A stretch of 62,644 nucleotides of DNA, the filler included, from Choristocarpus tenellus KU-1152 (lineage: Eukaryota > Protista > Phaeophyceae), in assembly GCA_964200185.2 (NCBI GenBank). It is 11 parts of 11 records of this genome, joined end to end, with 100 filler letters (N's around TTAATTAATTAA, not from the genome) between each part and the next. Parts side by side here need not be neighbours in the genome. Positions count along the whole stretch, not along the records: positions 49,466 to 53,782 come from CAXNAD020015140.1; positions 53,883 to 59,247 come from CAXNAD020011023.1; positions 59,348 to 62,644 come from CAXNAD020020959.1; 8 more parts are not named here. One strand, 5' to 3'. Shown piece by piece: positions 50,280 through 61,800 of this stretch. Made by a program: the position numbers and the translations under genes. The notes under the pieces are model-generated. The model ran no database searches and had not been told where the DNA came from. It saw nothing but the letters and a program-made list of their open reading frames with translations. Positions within the stretch are counted from its first letter, which is position 1, and the number at the start of each line of letters is the position of its first letter.

Positions 50280-53173
50280 ATGTATTGGCATGCAGCTACG
50301 ATATATTGGCTATTGCTAGCAGGAAGTGCCCTCGGGGAAGAAGAGGCGCAACACGGATTCGGGGGAGAACGACACCGGAAAGGTCTCGGATTCCGATGGC
50401 GCATGCTGGATAACATGGGGGCCCCTTACAGCGAGAAGGAAACTATAAGTCCAGAAGCTCACAGCATCATGCACACTCAAATGTTGCAGGTCAACGAGCA
50501 GGGCTATGTGTGCTCACTTGTACACATTTCTACAGATATTGTTTGCAACCCTGGAGATCTCCACCTCCCTCAGAGATACCCCAAGAATCTTGATGACCTG
50601 CGACAAACGTTGCAACGAATAAATATGATGAGCTGGATCCAGGGATTTCTTTGCGAGGATGGAGTTGGTAGATGTATGGAGGAAGCTACAGATGTCCTTG
50701 CGGGCCAGATTGGAGATTTGATTGCTACTTCCATCTTCCGCAACCCCGAGGGTGACGACCTGACGGAGACCTACGCACTATCTCCCCAAGAGGTGAGAGC
50801 ATGTCAGTAGGTAGGGTCAGGGAGTGTTGAAGCTGATTCTCACCGCTCTATAGCAAGATGCATTAGAAACACAATGAATTGCACCCAATTGATAGTATTT
50901 CCCACCCTGCACTTGTTGTCCACGCCCCTCTGTATCTTCACATGCATTCGATGCAGGTTCTGTGGCCACGTGTACTTTCAATGTGCCTTCTGTGGAGGTC
51001 GATCTTTCCGGGATGCTACTCTCGTACTCTCTCATCATTGACAGACCAAAATATCAAACGTTTGCATGACCTTCTTCCCTTCTTAGCCCAAATTGACGGA
51101 GTCAACCTAGACCACCACAGTCTCCTTACCCGCCTGGTAACACCTACCAGACCAGACCCTGGCATATCCATAGTTCATCCAGTGGAAGGCTCGGTTCTCC
51201 ATGGCCCGTCAACTGGTTTGGTTGTAGAGATTACCACTGAAAATGCTCTGGGGACTCTTCTAGAACATGAGTGGCTCGAAGTGCACGCAGTCATTGACGG
51301 AAGTGTTGAACCAACAGCCAAGGTAATAATGGTGACTCTCGATCCTGACATACCAGTTGTCACATTAGCTGCAGTTATTCATCCCTCTGAATATCCATCT
51401 GTTTGTGCCGATGGCCGAATCCCTGACCTCACCGCTCGAGATCTGACTCCACGGTCTCGCGAGATTACGCAACATCACCTCATGTGCTCTACGATGGGGA
51501 TTCCTGTACACACAATTCGTGCAGACATGATGCACTGTCAGTCTCTAGTCAATGCAAATCACACTGGGGAGGGTATCACATTGCCTGCAGCAGCAAAGAG
51601 GGGGTTATCAGCATCATCACACAATCACTTTGCTAGTGGACAAGAGAGAAGGGGGGGGGACGCTTCAAGGACTTGCATGAGAGTGGCTCATACCAAGACA
51701 ATATCCTTCCTTCATGTGCACAACGGGGCTAGCGGCTTGGCCTCCCACGGTCTCCCCTCCAACACCGATCAACCAATTGAAAGGGAAGGAAGACAGGAAG
51801 ACATACCTGAGAGACAAGTGAACACAACCCCAGTGAATGTCTTCTCCCTTGAGTTTTTTGTGCGGGGTATTGAGAAGATTCGCGAGAAAATGATGCTCAC
51901 GACCTATCTTTCAAACGGAGAGATATGGACAAGGGCAGCACGCCTCTGCCATAACTCGTTTGGTTGGAGGGCTGGGGTAAACGTGGCATCAGGGTGTTGC
52001 ATGGCGCTGGTGGAGCAAGTGATATCTGCGTGGAAAAAAAGTGTGTACTTTTTTGAGGCAAACAAGCTGAATTTGCATGTACAGGCAGTACTTGGAGCTG
52101 GCATTGACATAGAAGGAAATACTGGAAGCAATCCAGAAAAGGTAGTGCCATCTTCCGTAGAAGAGGAACAAATGGCATTACAGGCTTCTAACCATTTTCC
52201 CACTAAATCCTCTCACCATGGATGGTATACTCACAAAAATTTGCCAACAATGACACACACCTAAACAGCATATATGTATATAGACTTGGAAAGGGACATG
52301 TTTGAGAAGGAGGACTTGATTCATCCAGTGGGGCCATCTCACATTAAGCTAATGGAATGGCTTTCCCCCTTCAACGATGCAAGGCAATGCAGAACCCTCC
52401 TTCTCACAGAACAATCCCTCTCCCCTCTATTATTCAGTTTTGCAACATTTTTTTTCACAGATCTCTTCATCTGTGAAAAGTTAATAACCGTTGACCTCAA
52501 TATAGGGCAGAATAATTTGGGCCCTTATATGGGTAATCCATGGGTGGAATGGGCCACTCTATAATTCAGGTTACCCTGACAACACTAAGTTGGGTAGACT
52601 TGGTCAGCCTTGATTCAGGTGGCCCACAGCTGGCACTGAACCAAGGAAATGTCCAGAAAAATATAATTTTTTCCAATAGCTGAGGGGTTTGAAGGAGGGA
52701 AGGGGGGGAGGTACACTAGTGGAAGGCTCCAGAGCACAAAGAAATTGCAAATTTCCGTGCTCAATGGAAGGGCAAAAGGTTTAGAGTGCTTGGAAATCCG
52801 CTCAAAATTGCACACATCGATTTTTGTTCTGTCTACCTGACGGAGAACAAAATACACCAAGCAATAGGTTCTGAGTGAAAGTATCTTAGAGGGTACGAGT
52901 TTTGCCCTGTTTGCCCATTAGGGGCTTGACTTCCCTTAGGGTTTTTTTTACACTTTCCCACTCCGAAATATTTTGGAGCATATAAGATATTTACACTGTG
53001 AAAAGGTGTGTCCGGAACAAGAATATTGACACCTCCTAACAAACACGATAGCCAAAATTACATCAAAATCGCAACATTGGATTTTGGCCCCCAAATGGAC
53101 GCGGCTCTACCCTCTAAGATACTTTGACTCTTCTGTTGCTATATGTTTTGTCTTGTGAATCAATCTTTCTTGT

Positions 53174-53216
<43 letters not shown>

Positions 53217-53520
53217 CCTCTCCTGAATCAAATACGACAAAGTTGTTCTCATCCAGCGGTGAAAACAGAGGATTTGTCCCCTTACATCTGAAATGAGTCA
53301 CTCATACATAATGGGTCTCCACACACAGGTGGTGGACATGTCTCATGCTGCGAGGGAGGTACTGGGAGGAGAGGATACTTACGGCGTGGTGTGTGAGATA
53401 GGATTCAACTCTGGGCACTCGACTCTAAACTGGTTGCTAAGCACTGGCCCCAATGTGAAGGTGATTGCCTTTGACCTGGGGTATCACCCCTATGTCCCTC
53501 TCGCCCGGGACTACCTGCAG
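50280..53520 (+). CDS. Signal-peptide-bearing protein with a C-terminal class I SAM-dependent methyltransferase domain (Methyltransf_24-like), partial
   Basis: In-phase exons 50280-50792 (MYWHAATIYWLLLAGSALGEE, signal-like), 50957-52141 and 53329-53520 (VVCEIGFNSGHSTLNWLLS...KVIAFDLG). The last exon carries the EIGFNxGHS SAM-binding motif I and the motif II acidic residue. Confidence 0.8.
52873..53130 (+). mobile_element. MITE family A, 4-bp TSD TTCT (best consensus-like copy)
   Basis: GAGTGAAAGTATCTTAGAGGGTA...TACCCTCTAAGATACTTTGACTC; TTCT on both flanks. Confidence 0.95.
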
Positions 53521-53701
53521 GTGAGGCTCTTGATTTCCACTACTCCGGGTCATGTACAATGCTACCGTACTTGACCAACTCCCTGATCGCAATGAACTGC
53601 ACCATCCCATGGGTTGTATAGAGGTCCCAAGCAGAGACTGCTTGCACTTGACGGAGGGTTTGTTGGAGGGCTGTGAAATGGGCACTGCCCAAAATTGAGA
53701 A

Positions 53702-53753
<52 letters not shown>

Positions 53754-53882
53754 GAAAGTAAATAGGCAAGCCAGATCATCTCNNNNNNNNNNNNNNNNNN
53801 NNNNNNNNNNNNNNNNNNNNNNNNNNTTAATTAATTAANNNNNNNNNNNNNNNNNNNNNNNNNNNNNNNNNNNNNNNNNNNN

Positions 53883-54329
53883 GGGGGGTCTACACGGGGG
53901 CGTCTACACCAGGGTGTCCATTCGGGCCCTGACCAGGCCAAGTGAACTTACTCTATCCATCCGACACATGCAACCAGACCACCCAAAAATCATCACATGG
54001 AAAAAACGGCCCCAAATGGACAAGAGTGAAAGTATCTTAGAGGGTACGAGTTTTGCCCTTTTTGTCCATTTGGGGATTGGCTTCCCATGGGTTCTTTTTT
54101 TTATGATATTTTCCTACTCCAATATGTTTAGGAGTAGGTATAGTGTGTGTGTTATGAAAAAGATATGTGCGGAACATAGATATTGACACTTAACCCTAAC
54201 CCTAACAAACACGATAGCAAAAATTGCATCAATATCGCAACATGGATTGTGGCTCCCAAATGGACGCGGCTCTACCCTCTAAGATACTTTGGCTCACAAC
54301 CGCCACCCCCCCCCCAGACACTTTGAGTT
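53883..54329 (+). mobile_element. Family B MITE interrupted by a family A MITE (54024-54295, TSD ACAA)
   Basis: The B sequence resumes exactly after the A copy, with ACAA duplicated. Confidence 0.88.
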
Positions 54330-54608
54330 TTTTATTGTGGGCCAATGTATCCTATCGTCCAACAAAACAGCCAGATGTCCACATCAGTGACTGACAGGCT
54401 GCTGGTTTACGTGTCGTACACTTTCAATGTGATTTATTGCCTATGTAGATGTGTCTATAACATTTCTGTGTGCGTGTATTTTTAAGTGTATGTATGTGAA
54501 GGTGTGGGTGCTTGTCCCTCTCTCACTAGGAAGGTGTAATGGCGCAGCCTACATTGATATGACTGAGGTTCAAGATCCCTGGTTGGTTCAGCGGTTTCTA
54601 AAGATCAC

Positions 54609-57600
54609 CTCCAGCCTGTGAAGTTGATCTTCTTGGGCATTCTCCAGCTCACCCAACCGTGCCCGATGAGAAGTAGCTTCGCTGGAGAGCTTGGCATTGG
54701 CCTGGCTAAGCTCCACAATACGCTAGGGGTCGTGGTTAGCAGAGGGCATGTGGACACGGATTTTTCGTGTGAGGGATTTCTGTAAATCAACTGGATATCT
54801 GGTATGCCCAAAGTGGTATGTCTTAGCAAGGCTTGTGACACCAATTCCCTCTTGACATCATGCCTTTTAATTTCGTACACATAAGATATATACATATATA
54901 TATATATTTTTCTCAGAACACGCTAAAGTCATCATCAAAAGTGATTTCTATCAGGAGTGAGGTTTTATATATATTGAAATACCTGGAGGATTGAAAATAA
55001 GGAGGTGCTTTTACCAGTTGAATGTCCCCCTCACTGAAGTGGCCAGTTGGATATAGTTGGATACAGTTGTCTACTCACGCAACACACACTATCAACCTCA
55101 GACCTACCCATGCCCCTAACCAAGACCTTCCCCAGCTGTATATTTAGATCTGACCTCTGACTTTCCCCAGCACCAGTTTTCCATTGTACGAAAATACTTC
55201 ATATCCATGATCTCAATAACAAAGAGGGATCCCACAGATGAAGAAAATGTTCAGGGGAACTTTGCGAGAGGAAAAACTGTTCCAAAGCAACGAGAAAACC
55301 ATGCAACCCTTAAATCTCAAAATCTTACATCATGTGGGGTTCAAAGAGCTGGGTATGATAGAAGCAATGAGAAACGGAGAGGATTCCTCCCTGTGTACTC
55401 ATGTATGGTGTGTAAGAGACAGGGTCTTGGAATAGTGGCATTACCTGTGCCGTCTCCTTGTCCCTTGCCTTGGTGGAATCTGCATTCCGCTCCAGAATAC
55501 GCTGCTGATCGCTGAGTTCTGACCTGGCACAACAAAAAAAATGGACACACACACACACACACACAAATACACACATCACATCCATGTAGGTCTGTGGTTT
55601 AGGTACAAAATTGGGAGCACTACCAAACAGATGGAGCAGTTTGGTAGAAACGCACCTAAAATATCTTAGCCTAGCCTAGCCCTTCATTCTGTTCCCCAAA
55701 TGCTCTAATACCTGAGGAATAGCTTTCATCTATTCAGTTCAAAGATCTATGTTTATGAAATTTAAGTGCCATCAACTATAATATGCTACATTGCACTGAT
55801 ATTTGCAATGTTGTGGCTGCCTAGGACATGGCATGGAAAGCAAGTGGCGGGGAGGCACAGTGTACTGACTCTCAGGAAGAAAGGACTGGCTCACGCCCCT
55901 TTCCGAATAGTGAATACCTTAGAGCATTTATCTTTTCATCCTGCATTTCTGTTGTGTGTTTTGCATCGTCCATCATCTCCATCGCCTTCATTTGATGCAC
56001 AAGAAGTTCGGAGGATAAGATGGCCCAATGCATACACAAGTTTGGGGAGGAGATACGATTGAGGTACTGATGAGGTCATCATGGCACACCCTCCTTTGGA
56101 TTTATTTACTGGGTAGAATATCGTGGATGCATTGTTGTGTGTGGATGGGGGTCGATCAAGCAAAGGGGGTCCCAAATAACTGGAGACATTCAGAAGCTCC
56201 TATCAGCAATCATTTTTTTTTATTTTTTAGTCAAAGTATCTTAGAGGGTAGAGCCCCGTCTGTTTGGGGACCAAAATCCAATGTTGCAATTTTGATATAA
56301 TTTTGGCAATCATGTTTGTTAGGAGATGTCAATATCCTTGTTCCAGACATATAAATGATACCTACTCCAAAACGTATACATTGTATAAGTCCGGGAATTA
56401 TAACAAATGTCTCTCTTATCATCAGAAGAACACATGCCTTTTCAGCATATTTTTCCGACATGTCACTCTTATCATTTCCTTCAATCTCCCATTCCCCCCC
56501 ATTTCCTATTATCTCTTTTCTCATTGCCCACGGAAAAGGCCAGGTTAACAAGCATTCCACGTACTAGTTCCCCAGAGAACAGTACGAATGCATACAAATA
56601 TATATAAACCATAGGGCACAACACTGCTGTAGTTGTTACATGTTCACTATTTCCTCATCAGCGCCTGTCATCACCAATCCCGACCTTTCTTGTAGATCTT
56701 CCCATCTCCTTGCCTATAGAGGTCCATAATTCCAACACCACCTTAGATAAATCGCCCAGAACAGTGTGATGCCCCCTCTGTGCCTTCACTCTAACAACAA
56801 AGTAACACAACACACACCTTACCTTCTTTTCTCGACCCAGAGCTGCATCCCGCTCAGCTCCTGCCTCCCTGGCCTTCCTCTCTGAGTCTCCTCTCAGATC
56901 TGCCTCCCTTCCAGCAGTCGCCTTTGCCTCCTTCAGAGAACGTTTTCGAACAGGAGTGAACCAAAGTAAAGGGTTAGGGTATCCAGAGGGGTATTTTGAG
57001 GATGCCAGCAAATCTGTGCAAAATTTCAGCTTCTTTTTTTAATGGATAAAGTATATGTTCCGAATCTTGTCAAAGATCTTTTCAAACAACATAGAAAACT
57101 CAACCCTCTCGAGTCAAACTTAGCACTAAATCCATAGAAATAGGGGTGAAATGCAAAAGATTGAAAACCTGGCTCAAAAAATGCGAGACGCCCAAAATGT
57201 GGGTACCTCTCGTTTACCCTGGTTCAGTCACACAAGTGTTGTTGTGATGTGTTAGGAAATAGAACATGGAGAGAGCAGGAAATCACTCATTCCTCTGGAG
57301 GGCACAGGGGAAGAACATTGCCGTGTGCCCCTACTGATAGGTATATTAAGGACCGAAGTCAGGATAGGTACAAGGATGTGCATGATATCGCTTTGGATTT
57401 CTTAGTTTGGGTTAGTTAGGAGATAACAGTGTATTACCTCCTTATCACTACTCATGTTTTCATTATTGCATAGTTAGTTATCTAACCCTAACCCTAACTC
57501 TAAGTATGTGATGGTGTATATTCATACTATTGCTGCAATAGACCTATTAGGAGCATTGGGTACCAAGAGGAGGGGAGAGTCTTCTTTCAGCTGAGTCTGG

Positions 57601-59133
57601 TATATACCCAAATATGTTTCCATGAAATGTCTTACGGACCCTGAACTTCTGTAATTTCAGACGGGCAAATGTGATTAATGTTTTTAATTTAGAATGAAAG
57701 TATCTTAGTGGGTAAGAGTTTTTCCCTGTTTGTCCATTTGGGGCTTGACTTCCTACGGGTTTTTTGATAACAATTTCCTACTCCAAAATGTTTTGAAGTA
57801 GGTAAAATGTGTATGTTAGTAAAAGGTGTGTCTGGAGCAAGGATAGTTGAAACTTCCTAACAAACACGATAGCCAAAATTACATCGAAATTGGAACATTG
57901 GATCTTTGCCCCCAAATGGAAGTGGCTCTACCCTAACCCTAAGATACATTCGACTCTTATTTTTCTTCCAAGCAAAGCTTTAGGAGGTTATGTACCTAGT
58001 TCTTTGGGATATGAATGAGTAGCTCCTCGAAGCAAAATTTGAGGATGAGCAGAAATATAGAAATTGGAAATTGCTTCAATAAAAAAAAACATATTGGTCG
58101 CAATGGGGATGGTCATGTACCATTTTAATTTTTCTTTGAGTGGAAAGTTCTTAAAAGCAATTGAGGAAGGTTTCAGTGGGACAACAAGAATCATACAGTC
58201 ATGTTATAATTCAAAAGTCAATCACTCCTCCATCCTCGAAGTCATTGTGCTGTGGAGTGGGAGTATAGGACCTTCATTCCATCAAACCTTTATTTGCTTA
58301 ACCCTCTCCTGGACATCAATAACCAGGTCATGCTTCTCCCCCTCCAGGAGAGACAGCTAAGGACAGCAACAGATGGAGGGGGGAGATATGGTCAAAGGAC
58401 AGAGGTGAGGTGCATTGGATATGTACAGTCATGTAGCTGGCAAAACCGCAGATGGAAGAAGGGGGTGTATAGGTGGGGGAGCTCGGCAAGTGAGTTGAAT
58501 GAGGATAGGATCATTTAGGCTAGAGTAGCTACTATTCAAAATTTATTCAAAGCATCTTAAAAATGGATGCCAATGCTGATAAGGGGCCTCTCTAGAACTG
58601 GTTTCTGATTTGCACATTTATGTACCTACATCCTCCCAAGTCAATCCGATGACAGAACCCCCCCCCCACAGGATCTCTTCTTCTACATCCACAGAGTCCT
58701 TGTTGGGGGTACCTGAATTTGGGTAGTGAAAATGGGGTTCTAGGTACCACACCAATAAGCCCCATAACAAAACAAAATGCCCAAAATCCACCCCCTTTTG
58801 AATACCTTGGCTCCTGCGACCTTGACATCTACAATCAGCAATCAACTATTACTTGTATTCATCTCTCGCTGGCCCCAAAATGCAAAATCCCAATCCTAGT
58901 GTGCTCAATATTGTTGCTCCCCCCCCCCTAGCACAGCACAGTTGCTTGTATTGTAACAGTGTCACTTCCTTCTCTCATTACCAAAACTACCTCCCTCCAT
59001 TTACAAGACCGATTGAGTTTCTGTACAGGAGGGATTACGTATCACCTCTCCTCTGAGTCGCTCCACCTCCCTCCGGTTTGTATCTGCTTCGGAAGAGGCC
59101 CGCTTTAGTGCTTCAGATTTAACAACAGCTTCC
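54609..59133 (-). CDS. Long coiled-coil protein (partial)
   Basis: In-phase GT-AG exons 59133-59046, 58356-58288, 56930-56823, 55985-55918, 55523-55445 and 54722-54609. They encode E/R/K/A-rich heptads (e.g. RIVELSQANAKLSSEATSHRARLGELE). Confidence 0.75.
56228..56385 (-). mobile_element. MITE family A, truncated
   Basis: One TIR and about half of the interior. Confidence 0.8.
57692..57956 (+). mobile_element. MITE family A, 3-bp TSD TTA, telomeric insert in the right TIR
   Basis: Right TIR reads CTACCCTAACCCTAAGATAC instead of CTACCCTCTAAGATAC. Confidence 0.88.
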
Positions 59134-59476
59134 CTTTAAAAAAATCCCAAGAACAGCGTTGAGCTACTTAGTGGGATTATTTGCTCAAAATCAGTGGCAT
59201 GAACCGAAGCATTTGACGTTTGACATGGGCTCAAAGTATATGGGGGGNNNNNNNNNNNNNNNNNNNNNNNNNNNNNNNNNNNNNNNNNNNNTTAATTAAT
59301 TAANNNNNNNNNNNNNNNNNNNNNNNNNNNNNNNNNNNNNNNNNNNNCAAAATCACGTCATGAAAAAATTGACCCCAAATGGACAGCCGCCACCCCCTCC
59401 CAGATACTTTGAGCCACTGTTTTATTCGAAGTTTCCATTCCATCCATTCCCCTCCTCCCCATTTTACCACGACTTG

Positions 59477-59800
59477 TGACCGACCAGTGCGACCCCTGCG
59501 CCACTGATTTCCAGCCACCCCCCCTTGTGATGACCAACCAATGCAAACCTCTTTCACCATTGATTTCCAGACACACACCCCTTGCGATGACCATTTAATG
59601 CGAAACCTTTTCACCATTGATTTCCAGTCACCCCCCCCCAATGCGATGACCAACCACTGCGGACTTCTTCTAACTTTGATTTCCAGCCACTGCCCTCAGA
59701 TGATCAATCAATGTGAACCCCCTTCACCATTGATTTCCAGTCACCCCCCACATCCAATGACCAACCAGTGAGACACCTTCGCCACTGATTTCCAGTCCCT
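59477..59800. repeat. ~56-bp minisatellite, 6 diverged units
   Basis: Recurring TGATTTCCAG...GATGACCAACCA core. Confidence 0.9.
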
Positions 59801-60069
59801 ACCCCACCCTTCAACCTCACTCAACCCCACACCACTCAACACTACTCAACACCACTCCACAATCATCCAAGAATACCCCTTCATCATCCATTTCATACCG
59901 TGCCATTGAACTAGAAGACATCTGCCCAGCCCGAACTTGACCTCCCCTCCCCTTCAGGGTTGATCTATATTCTAGTTCATCCCTGTACCTCTTACCCTGG
60001 TTATATCCAATCCTTCCTACTCTTTGCCAAGCCCTTCGAAACCCACACGGGGTCTCCCTGGTTGGCCTT

Positions 60070-61800
60070 TAAATATATACCATGAATGCACCCGATTTCC
60101 ACCTTCCCTCCCTCTGTATTAGTATCTCTCATGCCCCCATTGTTGCCACTCTCGTAGCTCCCCCTATCCTCCACGAGTACAAGGCATACTCCTCTGATCT
60201 CAACCTAAGCTCCCCCAATATTCTCTTCCAGACACCCGTTACTTCGTCCTTCATTATTACCCCCCACCTCTCCCCATCCTTATACCTCATAAGTTGGGTG
60301 TCCGCAGGGAGTTCTGGGAAGACTTAAAGTATCTGGGGAGGGGGTGTCGGCTGTCCATTTGGGGGCCATTTTTCCATGTCGCAATTTTGGGGTGATTTGG
60401 TTACATACGTCGGATTGATAAGGTAAGTGCATTTTTCCTGGCCATGGCCCAAAATGGACGCCTAGGTGTAGACCCTTTTCCCCCCCCAGATATTTTGAGC
60501 CGAAGCATTCCAGAATTTCTACCACCTCGAAACCCCCCATATATTTCCCCTACTCACACACTTTGACCCTGAGCAAATCATGAAGTGCTGCGTGGGAAAT
60601 TTGAAGTTAAGAAATTGTTTGTGGAATACTGGATTGCCGAAATCTCAGTCGTTGATTGTACCTACTTGGTTCCCCTTACTCTTGCAACAACCTTACAATA
60701 ACTCCATTCTAGCCTTCAAAACATCCGACTCTCAACTTCTACGGTCCCACCCCCTACTTAATCCTCTCTATTTACGGAACTCAGACCACTGCTCCCAAGC
60801 TGTCTTATAACACTTATGAGTAAATGGCGCAACCGAGCCTCTGGCCTACAGGACTGAAAGGCACTCAACTCCATCATCTTCCATTCCCTACCTAGGGCCT
60901 GTTTCTGACATTCAATGCATGGACAGGCATGTCGGACGTTAGATTGAGTGTTTCCTTATCCCATCTTGATATTCCATCTACCAGATAATTCTTCTTCCCA
61001 TTACCGTGTTCTGCTGCAGGTGACTGTTCCCCTCCTACCTCTAACTTCCCCCTTATCCTCATCGATCCTCCCGCCCTCCCATCTCTTGCCCCCCCACACT
61101 TACAAACCCATGGACTGCAAACTTATCCTTCTTCACGCACTTAGGGTCCTCATAACTCCACCACTTACCCGTCTCCGCGTTAAAACTTCCTACTTCTGTA
61201 AAGCGCAGAGTTGAGCACCCTATCATCTCTTGTGATCTAAATACGTATCCCATAACTGAAAACTCAAGTTTTCTCCTCTTTCGGCTAACCCTTGTCCTGT
61301 TACCCATCCCCACCCGTACAAGTCTTCCTTAAAATTCCTTACCTCTCTCCTGACCTCTCTGTTTCCTTCCCTCACCCCTGCTCCTCTGTTCTCCCTGACC
61401 ACCCCCATGGGCTAACATACTTGGCTCCGCTTTCCTTTACCCTGAAAAACTAACCTCTGGTCTATGCCTATCCCCTCTGACCCCCCCTTTTCCCGCTAGT
61501 CTACCCAATGAGCCCCCCCCCGATGTAATCCCAACGGGCATGCCAGTCACCAAATTAAAGCCCCAAGACAGACTCGCGGAACCTATAACCCACCTTACTT
61601 TCCTTTTATATAGATTTTTGAATAAAATTAAAGCGCCCAAACCTACTTGACTCCGGTGAACTATCCTTGGGCTATGGTACATTGCGCCCTCATAAACTCC
61701 CTTGAAGTCGTTGTTGGATTCTATCTCTTGCGGTCATCCCTACACAAACTCAGAGTACCCCAAATCTTGGCTACCCACACACTCCTTGTATTTCTGACAT
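60070..61800 (-). mobile_element. DIRS/Ngaro-type element remnant with a tyrosine recombinase pseudogene
   Basis: N-terminal GSVAPFTHKCYKTAWEQWSEFRK (~60840-60770) and catalytic C-terminus EEYALYSWRIGGATRVATMGA*EILIQREGRWKSGAFMVYI (60193-60073), matching HSxRIGGAT...GRWKS.AF..Y. The upstream extent is approximate. Confidence 0.85.
60321..60501 (-). mobile_element. MITE family B, 3-bp TSD GAA, inserted in the YR gene
   Basis: TIRs GACTTAAAGTATCTGGGG / CCCCAGATATTTTGAGCC; GAA on both flanks. Confidence 0.85.
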
